In this document: positions 35,450 to 47,835 of the stretch, one piece after another
Layout: every line of letters starts with the position of its first letter
Position numbering within the stretch: position 1 is the stretch's first letter
Assembly (NCBI GenBank): GCA_026023565.1
Contig: JAPETS010000018.1
Span: 372,001 to 436,000 of the forward strand
Source: Cirrosporium novae-zelandiae
Lineage: Eukaryota
Direction: 5' to 3'
Length of the DNA: 64,000 nt
Notes under the pieces: model-generated
Databases searched by the model: none
What the model was told of the DNA's origin: nothing
Seen by the model: the letters and a program-made list of their open reading frames with translations, nothing else
Made by a program: the position numbers and the translations under genes

Positions 35450-38100
35450 AAGCTTCATATCAATCTAACATTCAACTGGTCGACCAACAGAACACAATAC
35501 CCTCCTTCCGAGCAGCTCGCCATACCCCAACTCTATTATGCCGGAACCGACTAGCTATTCGAAGATATAAAGCTATCTGCTTGGTTTCAAATAATATCGA
35601 TTGTACAGACGACTTAAGTTTGGTGATTGATTTGGTACGATTGCTATATAGTTTGTGGAGAAAGCTATATATATATATACTTAAATGTGCGAATGAAGTA
35701 TATATAAAGCATTACGCTAGATTTACGAAAGAAAAAATCGAGAGAGATTTTTTTCATACACGTTTATCCTGATTAGGGATAATGGGGACAGCGAACGCAG
35801 GGCCGGCTCTTGGATGTTAAAGATGGACGTATGGTGGTGTCTAGTGGCTACGAAAATAATGATGGAGACGGAGATGGATATATTCAATCCAACCAACCAA
35901 CTAACTAACCCATAAATAGGACGCAAGACAACATCCCCCTTATTCCCTCCTCTTTCCTCCCCCCGTTCCCTATTCTTTATTCCAACCCTATTGCGCAAGA
36001 ACCGAACCGAACCGAACCGAATTAATTATTGATTCAAAAATACAAAAACTATCTAATTTGTTTCAAACTCCATCGACTATACAGATGACTAAAGTTAAAA
36101 AATCAATGTGGCACTGGGCGCTTGCTGTATACTTTGTTTGTGGAGAATGCTATATATATACTTAAACATTTGTGGATAAGGTATATATAAAGCATTTACA
36201 CATTTATCCTGGTTGGGGATGGTGACAGCGGACGTGGTGGCCATGGTCTTGGATGCTGGATATGGATATGGTGGTCTCTAACGGGCATGAAAATAAAAAT
36301 GAAGATGGAGATGGCCATGGATATCTATATTCAATCCAATCGACCGACCAACCAAGTCCATAAACAGGACACAAGATAGTCCTTCTTGCATCTTTATTCC
36401 CTGTTCCTTATTCCCAACCCTATTAAACAAGAACCGAACCGAACTCAATTACCCATTCGAAGATACAAAACTATCGATCGATCGATCACGCAGAAGACCT
36501 AAGCGAGATAAATCGATTTAATACTATATACTTGTTTGTCAAGGAATAAGCTATGCCTAAGCCCCTAGACCAAAAGGACGTGGATACCCGCTAGTTAACT
36601 AACGAGTGATCTAGAATAGCTTATATAACCTAGGCTGCGCCCTCACATTGTTATATATACTTAAAATTTTGTGAATAAAGTATATATGGAGTGGTAGGTT
36701 GGATGGGAAAGAGAGGGATGGGAAAGAGAGGGATGGGAAAGAGAGGGATGGGAAAGAGAGGGATGGGAAAGAGAGGGATGGGAAAGAGAGAAAGAGGGAA
36801 AAAGAGAACGATAAAAAGGGAATCGGGGAAAAGATTTTTTATACGTTTGTTTGGTTCTGTAGGTCGTGGACGTGGTGTTTAGTCGTGGTGTTTGTGGCCG
36901 TGGATGTGGCCGTGGTCGGCTCTTGAATACTAAAGATGGATGTTGGTGGTGGTGTCTGGTGTCTGATGATTATGGCTACGAAGATAAAGACGAAAACGAA
37001 GATAGAAACGGAAACGAAGATGAAGATAGATTGATATATTCAATCCACCCAACCAACCAATCAGTCTATCATGCGATCCTCACACGACGCCCTCTCTCTT
37101 TCCTCCTCCTCCCTATTTCTTATTCTTTATTCCGTATCCCAACTTTATAACTCAAAAACCTCAAAAACTACCTACTTCTATTCTATTTCAACATAACCAT
37201 CAAACCGTCGATCGATCGCGCAAAAGATCTAGATTGGGGAGATTGATTGTGCAGAAGACCTAGGTGTGGTAATTAATTTGGTCCTGTGCGCTTGTTATAT
37301 ACTTTGCTTGTGGAAAAAGTTATATATTTAAAAAAAATTGTGGATGAAGTATATATATCTATAGTGGTAGGATGGATGGAGGTTGAGGGTGAGGAGGGAG
37401 AAAGATGGAAAAGGGGGGAGGAGAGAGGGAAAGAGCGGGAAAGAGGGGAGGGATTAGGGGAGATTTGGTTTACAGGTCCATTTGACTGTGGGGATAAGGT
37501 CATGGTATTTGTGGCCGTGGATATATTCAATCCAACCCCGACCAATCAATCAGTCTATCAATTGAACCCAAGATAATATCTTCCCTCCTCTTCTTCCTTC
37601 TTTTCCTCCATTCGAAAATACGAAAACACAAAATCCAAAACTCCAACGCTATCCATTCCATTCCATTCCAGCATCACAATAAACCCAGCAATCCAATCGA
37701 CCGATTATATAAAAAATCTAAATTTATTAAAAAAATTGTGGATGAAATAATATATATTTGGAGTGGTAGGATGAATGGGGATTGAGGATGAGGAGGAAGA
37801 AAGATGGAACAGGGGGGACAAGAAAGAGGGGGAGGGATTAGGGAAGGGATTAGGGGAGAAGAGATTTGTTGAATAAATTTGAGAGTGAGGAGGAAGAAAG
37901 ATGGAAAGAGGAGGAGGATAAGAAGGAGCGGATATAAAAAGGGAAGATTTGATTTAGATATTTGTTTGACTGTGTGGGGTAGGGGTCGTGGATGTGGTGT
38001 GGTAGTCGTGGTCGTGGGTATGGTGGTGATGGTCCCAGCGATCGTGATCTTGGATGCTAGCCATGAATATGGATGTATGAACAAAGAATGGATCTAGAGA
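35450..38100. repeat. Degenerate tandem array, about 4-5 units of ~450-700 bp
   Basis: TATTCAATCC anchor at 35881, 36328, 37037 and 37524. A TATATA.TTAAA...GTGGATGAAGTATATAT-like block recurs near 35670, 36155, 36652, 37321 and 37730. Confidence 0.75.
36701..36790. repeat. (GGATGGGAAAGAGAG)x6 perfect minisatellite
   Basis: Six exact 15-bp copies. Confidence 0.97.
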
Positions 38101-38550
38101 TTGGATATGAATATGGATATATAAACCGAGATAGAATATGAATTTATATATTACATACACAACTTATCTTGGCTAATTCTTGTAAAGTAAACGAAAGGAA
38201 AGGAAAGTAGAGACTTTTTGGACATAATTAATGAGAGGGAGTGTGAGAGACAGAAGGGGAGGCGGAGATTTAGGAGGGAGGGAGAGGTGGGGAGGGATGG
38301 GGCTAATCGTAGGAGAGAGGCGTGAGTATGGCAATATTTGATTTTGGCTACTTTTGTAGACTTGTAGGAATATTTTGACTTAGTGGTGGGATGGGGTGGG
38401 GACTAACTATCATTATCATCATCACCATCATCATCATTGTGATTATAATTATAACTATATGTGTTCTACCTATCCATGTACATACAGTACACTATTGTAA
38501 TTTCTATCCTATTCTATTCTAAAACCTCAAGGGATATTTGTTTAATTAGA

Positions 38551-38605
38551 AATGAATGGATGAATGAATGAATGAATGAATGAATGAATGAATGAATGAA
38601 TGAAT
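38551..38605. repeat. (AATG)n microsatellite
   Basis: Tandem tetranucleotide run. Confidence 0.93.
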
Positions 38606-39298
38606 AAATAATATTTGGTATAAAAGCCCTTTCGGGAGGGGGAAAGCTTTTTTTTAATTGCATTGAAGACGGAGTTGTTCTGTTTTGATTGTTTAAGGTT
38701 GGTATGAATATACATGTACTGTACAAATGTATAAGGAGGCCCGTTGGCTGCGTTGTACTTGTACTTGTACTGTACTGTACTGTGCGAAGAATGTGGCCAT
38801 GGATGGAATGTGCTCTCGTCTATCGCATACAGAGAAGTAAGTATTTAGTCCTTTCACGCTCCCGGAATCGGCATTTGAGTAAGTGGTCCTTGAAGGTGGA
38901 AATATTTGTTTCTTTACCAATTCCTGTTGGGGGGATTCTCCCTTAAAAAGCAAGATGGGGGGGCCATAGTTTGATTAGCTATCATCGCTTCGGATAGTTC
39001 AGGAAGTCGGGTAATGCAGCTGAGACATGTTTTTTGGTTGTGGCGTTGGGTGAGTTGTTGAGACGAGGCGAGGCGATTGATGCTGTTGTTTTTTGGAGGC
39101 CTCTAGATTACCCGGGTATATGGTATAGCTGGGAGTTGGTGATCATATGTGGATTTTCGCTGTATCAAGGATTTTCTCCATCATAAGTGTCATTCATAGT
39201 CATGTGGTATTTGAGTATTTGCTACAGTAAACATAAGTAGTCAAATCTCCAGGATTATAGGGTGTATGGTAGTAGGAAGTCAATCCGCTTCGAAGCTT

Positions 39299-40246
39299 TT
39301 AGCTTCCCTTCTGCCTCTCCTTTTCTTCACTCAGTAGAGTATCAATGATTTGAAAGACAGCAGTAACATTCTTCATCGTTTCTTCATCCATAGACCCCCC
39401 AGAACGCTGTTGCATTTTATCTGGATGCCAGCGGATACGCTCAGTTTTAAGAAGAGCGAGAAGGGATGTGGCTGGAGCGTTTTTCATAAATGTGGATATC
39501 ATGGAGCGAGAAATGTCTTTGTGAGAGCCGGATTCGACAGGCCAAGGAATACGTGCTTTGTGGGTAGGTTCTTCCTTGGTGTTTTTGGTCATGGAGGACC
39601 CAGAAGTCAATTTTCCCCATTTGGCTTCATATTGCTCCCACCTTTGCGTCCATTTTTTTCTGCTTTCTCTCTCCATTTTCCTAGCAGATCCAGCTTGTAG
39701 TCTTTCCTCGACCATATTACAGAATTGGGATTTTTCGTATTGTTTCTTAGATTCGTCTTCTTTTTCTTTCCGTTTTTGTTCCTTTCTCCGTTGCCTCTCC
39801 TCCTCGATGTATTCAACGCTCTTCTCCCACATTTTTGCGCGCACATAGGTGGCGTACTCTTCATCTGTCATTTTTTCCAATTCTCCTTTAGGGTCCTCTG
39901 GCCGAGGGTAGGTGTGGACAGGTTGTCCGTAGATGCCTTCCCAGAACGCGGCACCTTCATCATCAGCGAGCGCATCGAATAGAGACTCTCGAAAGGCGGT
40001 ATCGGGTGAGATTGAACGTTCTTGATGAGTAGAAGATTCATGTCTGCTACTATGACGATGGTGGCGATGGTGATGGTGACGGCTAGGACGGTGATATGGT
40101 GAAGACTCTTCACGTGAGGATTTCGAGGACTTGGTTTTTGACTTGAAGCGAAATGCCGTACGGCGTGGAGATGTGGATGGCTTTTGGTTGGATTCGGGTG
40201 GCGCCATAGGAGGCCGAGAGTTGGACGAAGATATACCTGAAGACAT
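39299..40246 (-). CDS. NFKBIL1-like protein (C-terminal IPWP...RWHPDK domain)
   Basis: 315-aa single-exon ORF with AFRESLFDALADDEGAAFWEGIYGQP, MTDEEYATYVRAKMWEK, IPWP and ERIRWHPDKM. Confidence 0.85.
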   Translation of the reverse strand: MSSGISSSNSRPPMAPPESNQKPSTSPRRTAFRFKSKTKSSKSSREESSPYHRPSRHHHHRHHRHSSRHESSTHQERSISPDTAFRESLFDALADDEGAAFWEGIYGQPVHTYPRPEDPKGELEKMTDEEYATYVRAKMWEKSVEYIEEERQRRKEQKRKEKEDESKKQYEKSQFCNMVEERLQAGSARKMERESRKKWTQRWEQYEAKWGKLTSGSSMTKNTKEEPTHKARIPWPVESGSHKDISRSMISTFMKNAPATSLLALLKTERIRWHPDKMQQRSGGSMDEETMKNVTAVFQIIDTLLSEEKERQKGS

Positions 40247-40479
40247 GATGGAATAGAGAGAGTTTAGAACTTCTTACATATGTAGAGCTGTTTATATATT
40301 TTCAAAGATGATTGTGTGATGTTGTGGTGGTAGAATGGAGTGAGTGTGGGGTTTGTCGAGGGAAATGATAACAATCAAGGGTTCAAAAGGAAGCTTGATG
40401 GTCCTCGGTTCCTGTATCAGAATCTCGGAGCTTAGACAACAAACAATACAAACTTCTAAACTTCCAATCGAAGGTCAAT

Positions 40480-41697
40480 ATGTCTACATTTTCAAATGGT
40501 CTAAATGTTCCCAAGAAGAAAGGTTTATCCCTCTCTGGTCTACAGTCTCAACCTAAGAAGAAACGAAATATATTCGACGATGATTCTGATTCTGAACAAA
40601 CCCCAACTAAATCCTCCGAAGAAGCTGTTACCACCCTTGGTGGTCTTTCCCCCCCATCCTCAAGCAAGCAAAAGGCTTCTAACAAACATAAATCATCCAG
40701 AAATGGGCCTCCCTCAAAGCCTCCAACCTTGAAATCAAAACTGCCTCCAACCTTGGGCGCCCCCTCGCTCTCCAGTCTCCGCGAAAGCAACAAGCATAGC
40801 AAGGATGCTGAAGCCCTTGATCCTTCCATCTACGCATATGACAGCATATATGAATCTTTACACGCGCCTAAACATGAATCTAATGTTACATCTACTTCTC
40901 AAGGCCCTAAATATATGAAGGCGCTCCAAGCCACGGCCAAGACCCGAGAACTTGATCGCCTACGTGCACGTGATAAACTGCTCCAGAAAGAACGAGACGC
41001 CGAGGCAGATGATCCAGAACTACAAAGCAAGGAGAAATTTGTTACGGGCGCATATACGAAACAGCAGGAAGAATTACGGAAGCTTGAGGAAGAAGAGAAT
41101 AAAAGGTTAGCAGAAGATGAAGAGAGGAGTAGAAGAGAAGGCGGAGGTATGATGGGATTCTATCGAGAAGTATTGAATAAAAATGAGAAACAGCACGAGG
41201 CCGTCATGGAGGCAGCTGAAGCTGCTACGAAAGCTGCTACGATTGGTGAGAGTCTAGAAGAAGCACAGAGCAAGGAGAAATCGGAAGCTCAACTCGCCGA
41301 AGAGCTGAAAGCTAAAGGCAAAAATGTCATTTTGAATGATGATGGACAAGTTGTCGATAAGCGACAACTTCTTTCCGGTGGACTTAACATTGTCGCAAGG
41401 CCGAAGAAGGACCTGCCTATACCGACGGCGTCATCTGGAACGAATAACTCCAGCTATGCAAGCAAAAATTCTCGAGCTAAACAGGAAATGCGGGAGCGAC
41501 AGTCGAAAATGCTGGAATCGCAATTAGCGCAATCTGCCAAACGAACAGCAGAGGAGGAATTGGAGAAGGAGGTCGAACTCAAGAAGGCGAGTAAGAGCCA
41601 TAAATCGGAGACAGATATAAGTAGTGCCAGGGAGAGATATCTTGCAAGAAAGAGAGAAAGGGAAGCTGCAGCAAAGGCTAAGGCAGAGGGTGGTTGA
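40480..41697 (+). CDS. NSRP1/CCDC55-like coiled-coil splicing-associated protein
   Basis: 405-aa ORF; DPSIYAYDSIY...PKYM...LQKER...KEKFVTGAY matches the NSRP1 N-terminal (DUF2040) pattern; ends SARERYLARK. Confidence 0.9.
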   Translation: MSTFSNGLNVPKKKGLSLSGLQSQPKKKRNIFDDDSDSEQTPTKSSEEAVTTLGGLSPPSSSKQKASNKHKSSRNGPPSKPPTLKSKLPPTLGAPSLSSLRESNKHSKDAEALDPSIYAYDSIYESLHAPKHESNVTSTSQGPKYMKALQATAKTRELDRLRARDKLLQKERDAEADDPELQSKEKFVTGAYTKQQEELRKLEEEENKRLAEDEERSRREGGGMMGFYREVLNKNEKQHEAVMEAAEAATKAATIGESLEEAQSKEKSEAQLAEELKAKGKNVILNDDGQVVDKRQLLSGGLNIVARPKKDLPIPTASSGTNNSSYASKNSRAKQEMRERQSKMLESQLAQSAKRTAEEELEKEVELKKASKSHKSETDISSARERYLARKREREAAAKAKAEGG

Positions 41698-42079
41698 CAT
41701 GAGGATTGTGCTGTATATATGATATCAAATTAAAGTTGAAATTCGAATCTCAATACCCATTATTTATATGTACTCTTAGGATTAGATCTCAGAGGGGTTG
41801 TTCTGCAATCACATCATTTGATGGTAACCTTGGTGGGACCGATAATAATGTAATTATATTATGACATGCCCCTTTTCGGTAAGAACCTCCGATAGCTATT
41901 ATGATGAAGCTCCACGTGCACTTTTCACCTACAAAATACTTTTAAACATTCCCCAGGTAATCAACAGATCATTTTTCAACAAAAACCTCGCTGCCAATTA
42001 GGCCCCGGCTCGTAGCCTACCTCCCTAACATTTACCCGCCCGACATTTATCTCCAAGTCTTGTCGCCTTTCTCGAAACT

Positions 42080-42875
42080 ATGGACTTCGCACCCTACCAA
42101 GACGAGAATCCAGAAACTGTTCGAAGCCTTTCTCCCCCCCTACGTGCTCGTTCTCCTCCTACAAATCCTCGCTCTCCTCCCATAAATCGATCTATTACCG
42201 GAACTGCTTTTGGTTCAGAGCCTCTCCCATCTCCAAGCGCCTTTGCGAACAATGGCCGCAGTTCTCCGTCGTATTTTCCGTCGCCGGCGAATGGAATGCC
42301 TGGAGGAACATCTGGGGGAAGATTAGAAGCTGGTCGGAATTTCGAAGCCTTTCAAACAAGCTTGCCCATGAGGTTAGATTTTGAAGCTATGATGGCCTAT
42401 ATCCTATTACCGCCTGCTGGAGGGGTATTTCTGTTGCTGGTTGAGACTAAGAGTGACTATGTGAGGTAAGTGGTGAGCCTAATAGAGCAACCTGTCTTGG
42501 GAATTAGGGTTGGAATTTGAATAATATGGGGGTTATACTGATCATCACCTAGGTTTCATGCATGGCAATCAGCAATGCTCTTTTCGGCTCTTTTCGTAAG
42601 TTCTAATAGTCTGAGGAAGGAAGGATGATGCTGATGAATACCCAGATTATCCACCTACTGATGGCCTGGTCATCATTTCTGTCTTGGCTCCTTTTTGCGA
42701 TAGACATTACTCTCATGGCGTTCTTGAGCTTACATGCTTATCGAGATGGTATGATGACAACAAACCTGGGCGTTTTGTTGATATCAAGCTAATATTGATT
42801 GCAGTTGATACGCTTGACCACTATGAAATTCCCATAATTGGCCGGCTTGCTAATAATTTTGTTGACGATGAATGA
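42080..42875 (+). CDS. Small multi-pass membrane protein (UPF0132-like)
   Basis: Exons 42080-42465, 42553-42595, 42646-42748 and 42804-42875 join in frame: LPPAGGVFLLLVETKSDYVRFHAWQS...AYRDVDTLDHYEIPIIGRLA. Confidence 0.88.
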
Positions 42876-43661
42876 TGATAACGCTCTGATGCCCCTAGCT
42901 TCTCTGTTCATGTTGGGAAAGCTTCCATCAGAACATAGATACCCCCGTTCCAACTTCAGTATTAATATTATATCCTCTAGACGTTTAATGCATAATATCC
43001 TAGCCCTTCAACTTTGTATACATGCTCATCTTGTTCATGTCCCGTTTTTTATTCACTGATGCCAAATATATGAATGCCGGAATCTCGTCTCAAACGCCAT
43101 GACCACCAACTACTTTCCACAGAAAATATTTATCGGAGACTTAATGATAAGCAAACTCCGCACAAATGAAGTATTCACTGCTGTGCTCACTTGGGAGACA
43201 AGATTGATGAAAAAATCTTACTTCGGACATGCACGTACTGCGCACCTACCACCTGGACATCAATTTTATATAGAAGCGCGCCTTCCAATTAATGCGTTCA
43301 GTCTATGCCAGGAATGAATGCAAAGTGCGCGCCATTTCTAATCTCTATACTGTGATCTTCTATGTATCATTTCTTTTTCAACTTCATGAAGAACATCTTC
43401 TAAGAACTCAACTCAATCCTCTAGACTTGACATCCCAAAGCCAAAAGTGCCGATCGGTGGTTCATTCAAACATATTCTCTTAAAGATACTGTACTTTACT
43501 ACATCATTTCCATCCTAAGATCGAAACAGTAGGCCTTGACTGGTATTTTACTAATTGTTCAAACACGAAGCCTCAAAAGTGATCTTTCAGAACCCCCACC
43601 TATCAACTTTACTTTCGCTTCTTGTCTGGTATTTTAATTGTTTGTCGGTCCAACCGCAACA

Positions 43662-44237
43662 ATGTGCCAGGCTCAATATGTTGTCAATTCTTGTGGTCAT
43701 CACAACATACATGTGCTAATGCCATGTCATCTCGCAACGGCCGCACGAGATATATATCACGAGGCTACCCGCTCAGCTCCAAATTCAAAAATTACTACAC
43801 CCAAGCCCTCCGTTCCCCCTTCTCCAACCGTGTTAACACAAAATATCAACTCCAGGCACCCAACAATAGCTTCCTCTCTAATAGATAATACCCATTCTTC
43901 CTCGAGATCGGTCACCTCCTGCGGACACAGCTCTTCAACATCATCTCAAGATTGCCAAAACAACATTCCCACCCTCACAGCTACCAACGCATCTTGCAGC
44001 AATACAGCCCCAACATCGGCACCTCTTTTCCACTCCTCCTACTCTCCCACCCTACCAACAGGAAATGACATGACAACCCCAACCCTATGCCTCCTCCCAG
44101 TCACGCCCAGCCAACCAGCAGGTTCACCCGTCAACCCCGCAATCGACCAACCATGCTGCAAACAAGTCAGTGCGAGGAAATTGCGAACGGCAGCTGGGTT
44201 TGAGTGTTTGGTTGCTGGATGTGGGAGGACAAATTAG
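43662..44237 (+). CDS. Hypothetical protein with N-terminal MC-x8-CGH motif and C-terminal Cys cluster
   Basis: ATG 43662 MCQAQYVVNSCGHH...PC; S/T/P-rich linker; ends CCKQ...FECLVAGC. This architecture is common in small fungal proteins. Confidence 0.65.
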   Translation: MCQAQYVVNSCGHHNIHVLMPCHLATAARDIYHEATRSAPNSKITTPKPSVPPSPTVLTQNINSRHPTIASSLIDNTHSSSRSVTSCGHSSSTSSQDCQNNIPTLTATNASCSNTAPTSAPLFHSSYSPTLPTGNDMTTPTLCLLPVTPSQPAGSPVNPAIDQPCCKQVSARKLRTAAGFECLVAGCGRTN

Positions 44238-45229
44238 AATTAAAAGCAAGCAAGCGTCGAAGGGGCCAACAACGGATAGATAGATGGAAGGCGAGCGCTT
44301 GGATTAAGGGGGGTGGGTTATTTGTGGCTGATGATGGGAAAGAAAAAGTGAGGTGGAGTGGTAGAAGTGGGTGAGGGGGAGTATATGTGTGTGGGTTGTA
44401 TGATAGAGGAGAGAGAGACAAAGCTAGCGAATGTCTACAGTCTTGATATATTCTTGCTTGACAAAGAACTTCCGCTGGCTTTGATTCCTGTGAATTATTT
44501 TACAAAAAGGAGATTTTTCATGTGTGATTATGTGGACTAGGGGGGTTGAGAAGTTTTTTTTGATATTAGATGAGTGTGTTTTTTGTTTTGGGGGAGTTTT
44601 AGGGATTCATTTGGGGATTAGAGATAGAATGGATAGGTAGATATAGATGGGAAATGAAACAAAAGAGAGTTGAAGATTTAGAATTTTTTGGGAGTTTAAT
44701 GAATGATAAACCATAGCGATAGATAGATACCAGTAGTATCAATCGGGCCTGTACTTTCTTTTCCTTTTCCTTTCCTTGTTGTCTTTACTGTTCTTGTTTC
44801 TTATTCTTTATTCCCCTATATACATATATTCCTACATGAACATGGACAGGTAAGTAAATTGATTAATTTCATTTCATGGGTTCAGCTACATATGTTCCTT
44901 AAATGGTGATGATGATGATGATGGGGGGGGGGAAGGGATATAGTATTTCCCAGCTGGGGGGTTAGCCCACCTATCTATCTATTATTTCCATTTCCTTTTT
45001 TTTTTTTTTACGAATGTGATGCTTCCTATTCTACTCTATTCCATGTGGTATTTGTGGACGATGTTTGAATTTTTTTTTTGTATTTGTCTGTTGGTTTGTT
45101 GTTTTTTATCCCCTTTTTTTTCTAGTTCTATGCTTTTTGTCTTTTATTTTTTTCATCTGGGCGTCTATGGATGGAGGGTTCGGGATGTGCTTGGGATGTG
45201 GGTGTGGATAAGAGAGGTGTAGGGAGGCG

Positions 45230-47835
45230 TCACTTCCTCCCCAAGTCGATATCCAACACCAGATCCATTCCCTGAATGCCGTCTCTCACGTCGCTGTCAT
45301 CTTCATTGTTGTCATTCCCGTCAATCTTGCCATTCATCACCAACCCCTCCCCCCCCTCACTCACTCCAAAAAACCCACCCACCCCCACACCCACAACCCC
45401 CCTCCAGAACCCCTCCACCACCCCCATCAGCTCCTCCCCCGTCTGTCGAAAATCCGGAAACGCATTAACCTCCAACAGCCACGGCTCTCCCATGCCATCG
45501 ACCAGAAAATCTAGCCCGAAAACTTCGAATGCGTTTGGGAGCGTTTGGAAATGGATCTGCATTTCGCGGGCTGCGGCTTCGAAGATGGTGGAGGTTATGA
45601 GGTTTATGCGTGTGTGGATGTGGTGTTTCCAGTTTTTTGAGGGGGGGTGGGATAGGGTGGGTAGGGTGGAGGGCAGGGCGGAGAAGCGCGTTACCGTTTT
45701 TTCGGTTGGGGAGGGGGAGTGGGATTGGAGGCACGTGTTTGTTAGGTGCGGGGCCATGTCTGAAGGGGTGGTCCAAGGGTATTGGTATGCGGTTGGCGCG
45801 AATAGGGCGAGCATGTCTGCGTAGACGTAGACCTTTAGGGAGCCGACTGCTAGGACGTAAGTGCGGATGTGGAATTTATGGGGGAGGGTTGAAGCTGGTG
45901 TGAGCAGAAGGGGTGGGTGGATGTATTGCTGGGCAACAAAGTGGCGGAGCTGTGAGGTTATTATGCAATCCGAGGAGGAGGTTGCGGTAGTCGTGGGGTC
46001 TGAAGATGAGGAGGGGGAATAATCATCTTCGGTGTCGGAGTCCGGGGACGAGGCTTCCCATTCCTCGAAGATGGAGCGCAGTTCGTCTTCCGTGCTGAAG
46101 AGTCGGATTCCTTGGCCGCGATCACTCATGCCTGGCTTCAGGATCCACCAATCTCGTTCCGAGGGTTTTTTGGCTTCGTTTGAGGAGAAGCTTTGCTGGA
46201 GCTCGAATGCTTCCACGAGGGCTTCGTCGAGGAATTCGGCATAGTCTAGCTCGAAGTCTACGGCTGGCTTGATGTGCTTGGAGAGGATGCTGGTGGGGTG
46301 CTTCGTAATCCATGTTGAGACAGTATTGGAGAGGTAGTGTTTCCGGATTAGGGCTTTGCGAATTACATAGGCGTTGCCGAGGGAGGTTGTGGGGTGGCAG
46401 AGGATATGTTCGAAGTCGAGATCTTCGTATGCCCTTATTTGAAGGAGTTTGGATGATTTTTGGGGTAATTCAGTGAGCGATTGGATGAACTTGTAAGAAT
46501 TCTTGGGGAGCTGAGTGGCTAGGGCTTTCAGGATTAGTGGTTGGACGTAGGGATCTTCGTAAGATATTAGGGCGTATATGGGCTCTTTCTCTGCGTTTAG
46601 TTCCGGTTGGGTACCTAACCTGTGGGATGATAGCAATTAGAGTGAACTACTAGATAGAGAGATCAGGAAGTCAAACATATAACGTAATTCATTCGTAAAT
46701 GTCTACTCATGACTTATATCCCATGTAAAATTCTTAATGGGAGCAATCTACAATTCTACTCACAGTTTTATCTCTCCCTGGTATCTACCGGCATGCATGA
46801 AATTGGCCTTTAGAGCGGTCACACTGTTATCCGGGTCAGCATCTATCGCTTCAACTTTTGTTCGGGGATGCCCATACGCAGTGTACCCTTCCTTGACAGC
46901 CCATCCATCATTTGGTGGAGTACTCTCTTCCACACTTTGATAAACATCGTGAAATTGAGGAGCCCACTTGAAATGTTTATGCGAATTTCGTATATTCTTC
47001 TTGCCGTCTGGATCAGGAGTTCCTTCACCCTCTTCTCTGATTTCTCTTTCCATTTGGGCGGGATCCTCATTTCCCTCTTCAGGCTCGACCTCCTGAAAAG
47101 AGCTCCCAGCCGACCAGTAGTTTTGCAACATATCTGCATACATGATCTTATGGTTTCCCACGTCCTCAACAAGCGGGACGTTGATGCTATACAGATCTAC
47201 GTCTTTGCCCCAATTATTGTATAGATACTCAACCAGTTTGACAGAGAGCTTGGAGGCTCCAGCAATTATCTCCGGATCATGATTCCTCGAAAAGAAGGCA
47301 TAGGACACGGCTATAGCCTTCTTTCTACAGATTGCCCCTTCCAAAGCGCCACCAATAGTTCCACTGGATAGACCAAAGATGGCCGTGGTATTTCTCCCAT
47401 AATTCGGCCCAGACACGACCAGATCCACTGGTCCTTTTTCTTTAAAGTAGTGGTATAGACCAATCTGTACACAACTAGCGGGTGTTCCGTCAACAAGAAC
47501 CCACTCTTCCCCCTCTTCATTAGAGCCTAGAGGATGTGTGTGAACGGTACCATCATCCTTGTGAAGTGTACCGGGGCGAAAGTAGGTTGGCTTAACAGTT
47601 GTGCCGACCATATGAGCTTTCCCGATCCATGATCTTTGAGTGTGAGGGAGAACAACAGAAACGCTGTGACCAGCTTCCTGAAGGCATTTCACGAGGGAAT
47701 GAACATAAGGCGAGGATTGAGTCGATGGAGGACCATCATCATTGACCACCTTGGGGCTGAATATCAGTAAGGAGGGAAGCCCATCGAGAGGTATATTAAG
47801 ATAACTTGAAAGAATGAACCTACTAAAATATGCAT
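45230..47835 (-). CDS. PBY1: SurE-like phosphatase fused to a tubulin-tyrosine-ligase-like domain (Pby1-like)
   Basis: Exons 47835-47824, 47749-46878, 46823-46764 and 46619-45230. SurE motifs MHILVVNDDG, DGTPASC, SGPNYG, SSGT. TTL motifs WILKPGMSDRGQGI, QQYIHPPLL, KFHIRTY, HLTN, FGLDFL, LLEVN. Confidence 0.88.

Noticed and set aside
35450..38100. CRISPR-like reading of the modular array
   Set aside because: Eukaryotic context, units of hundreds of bp, degenerate blocks and no cas genes.
23900..39200. Centromere
   Set aside because: Only one TE and ~15 kb without intact genes; not enough without CENP-A or Hi-C data.
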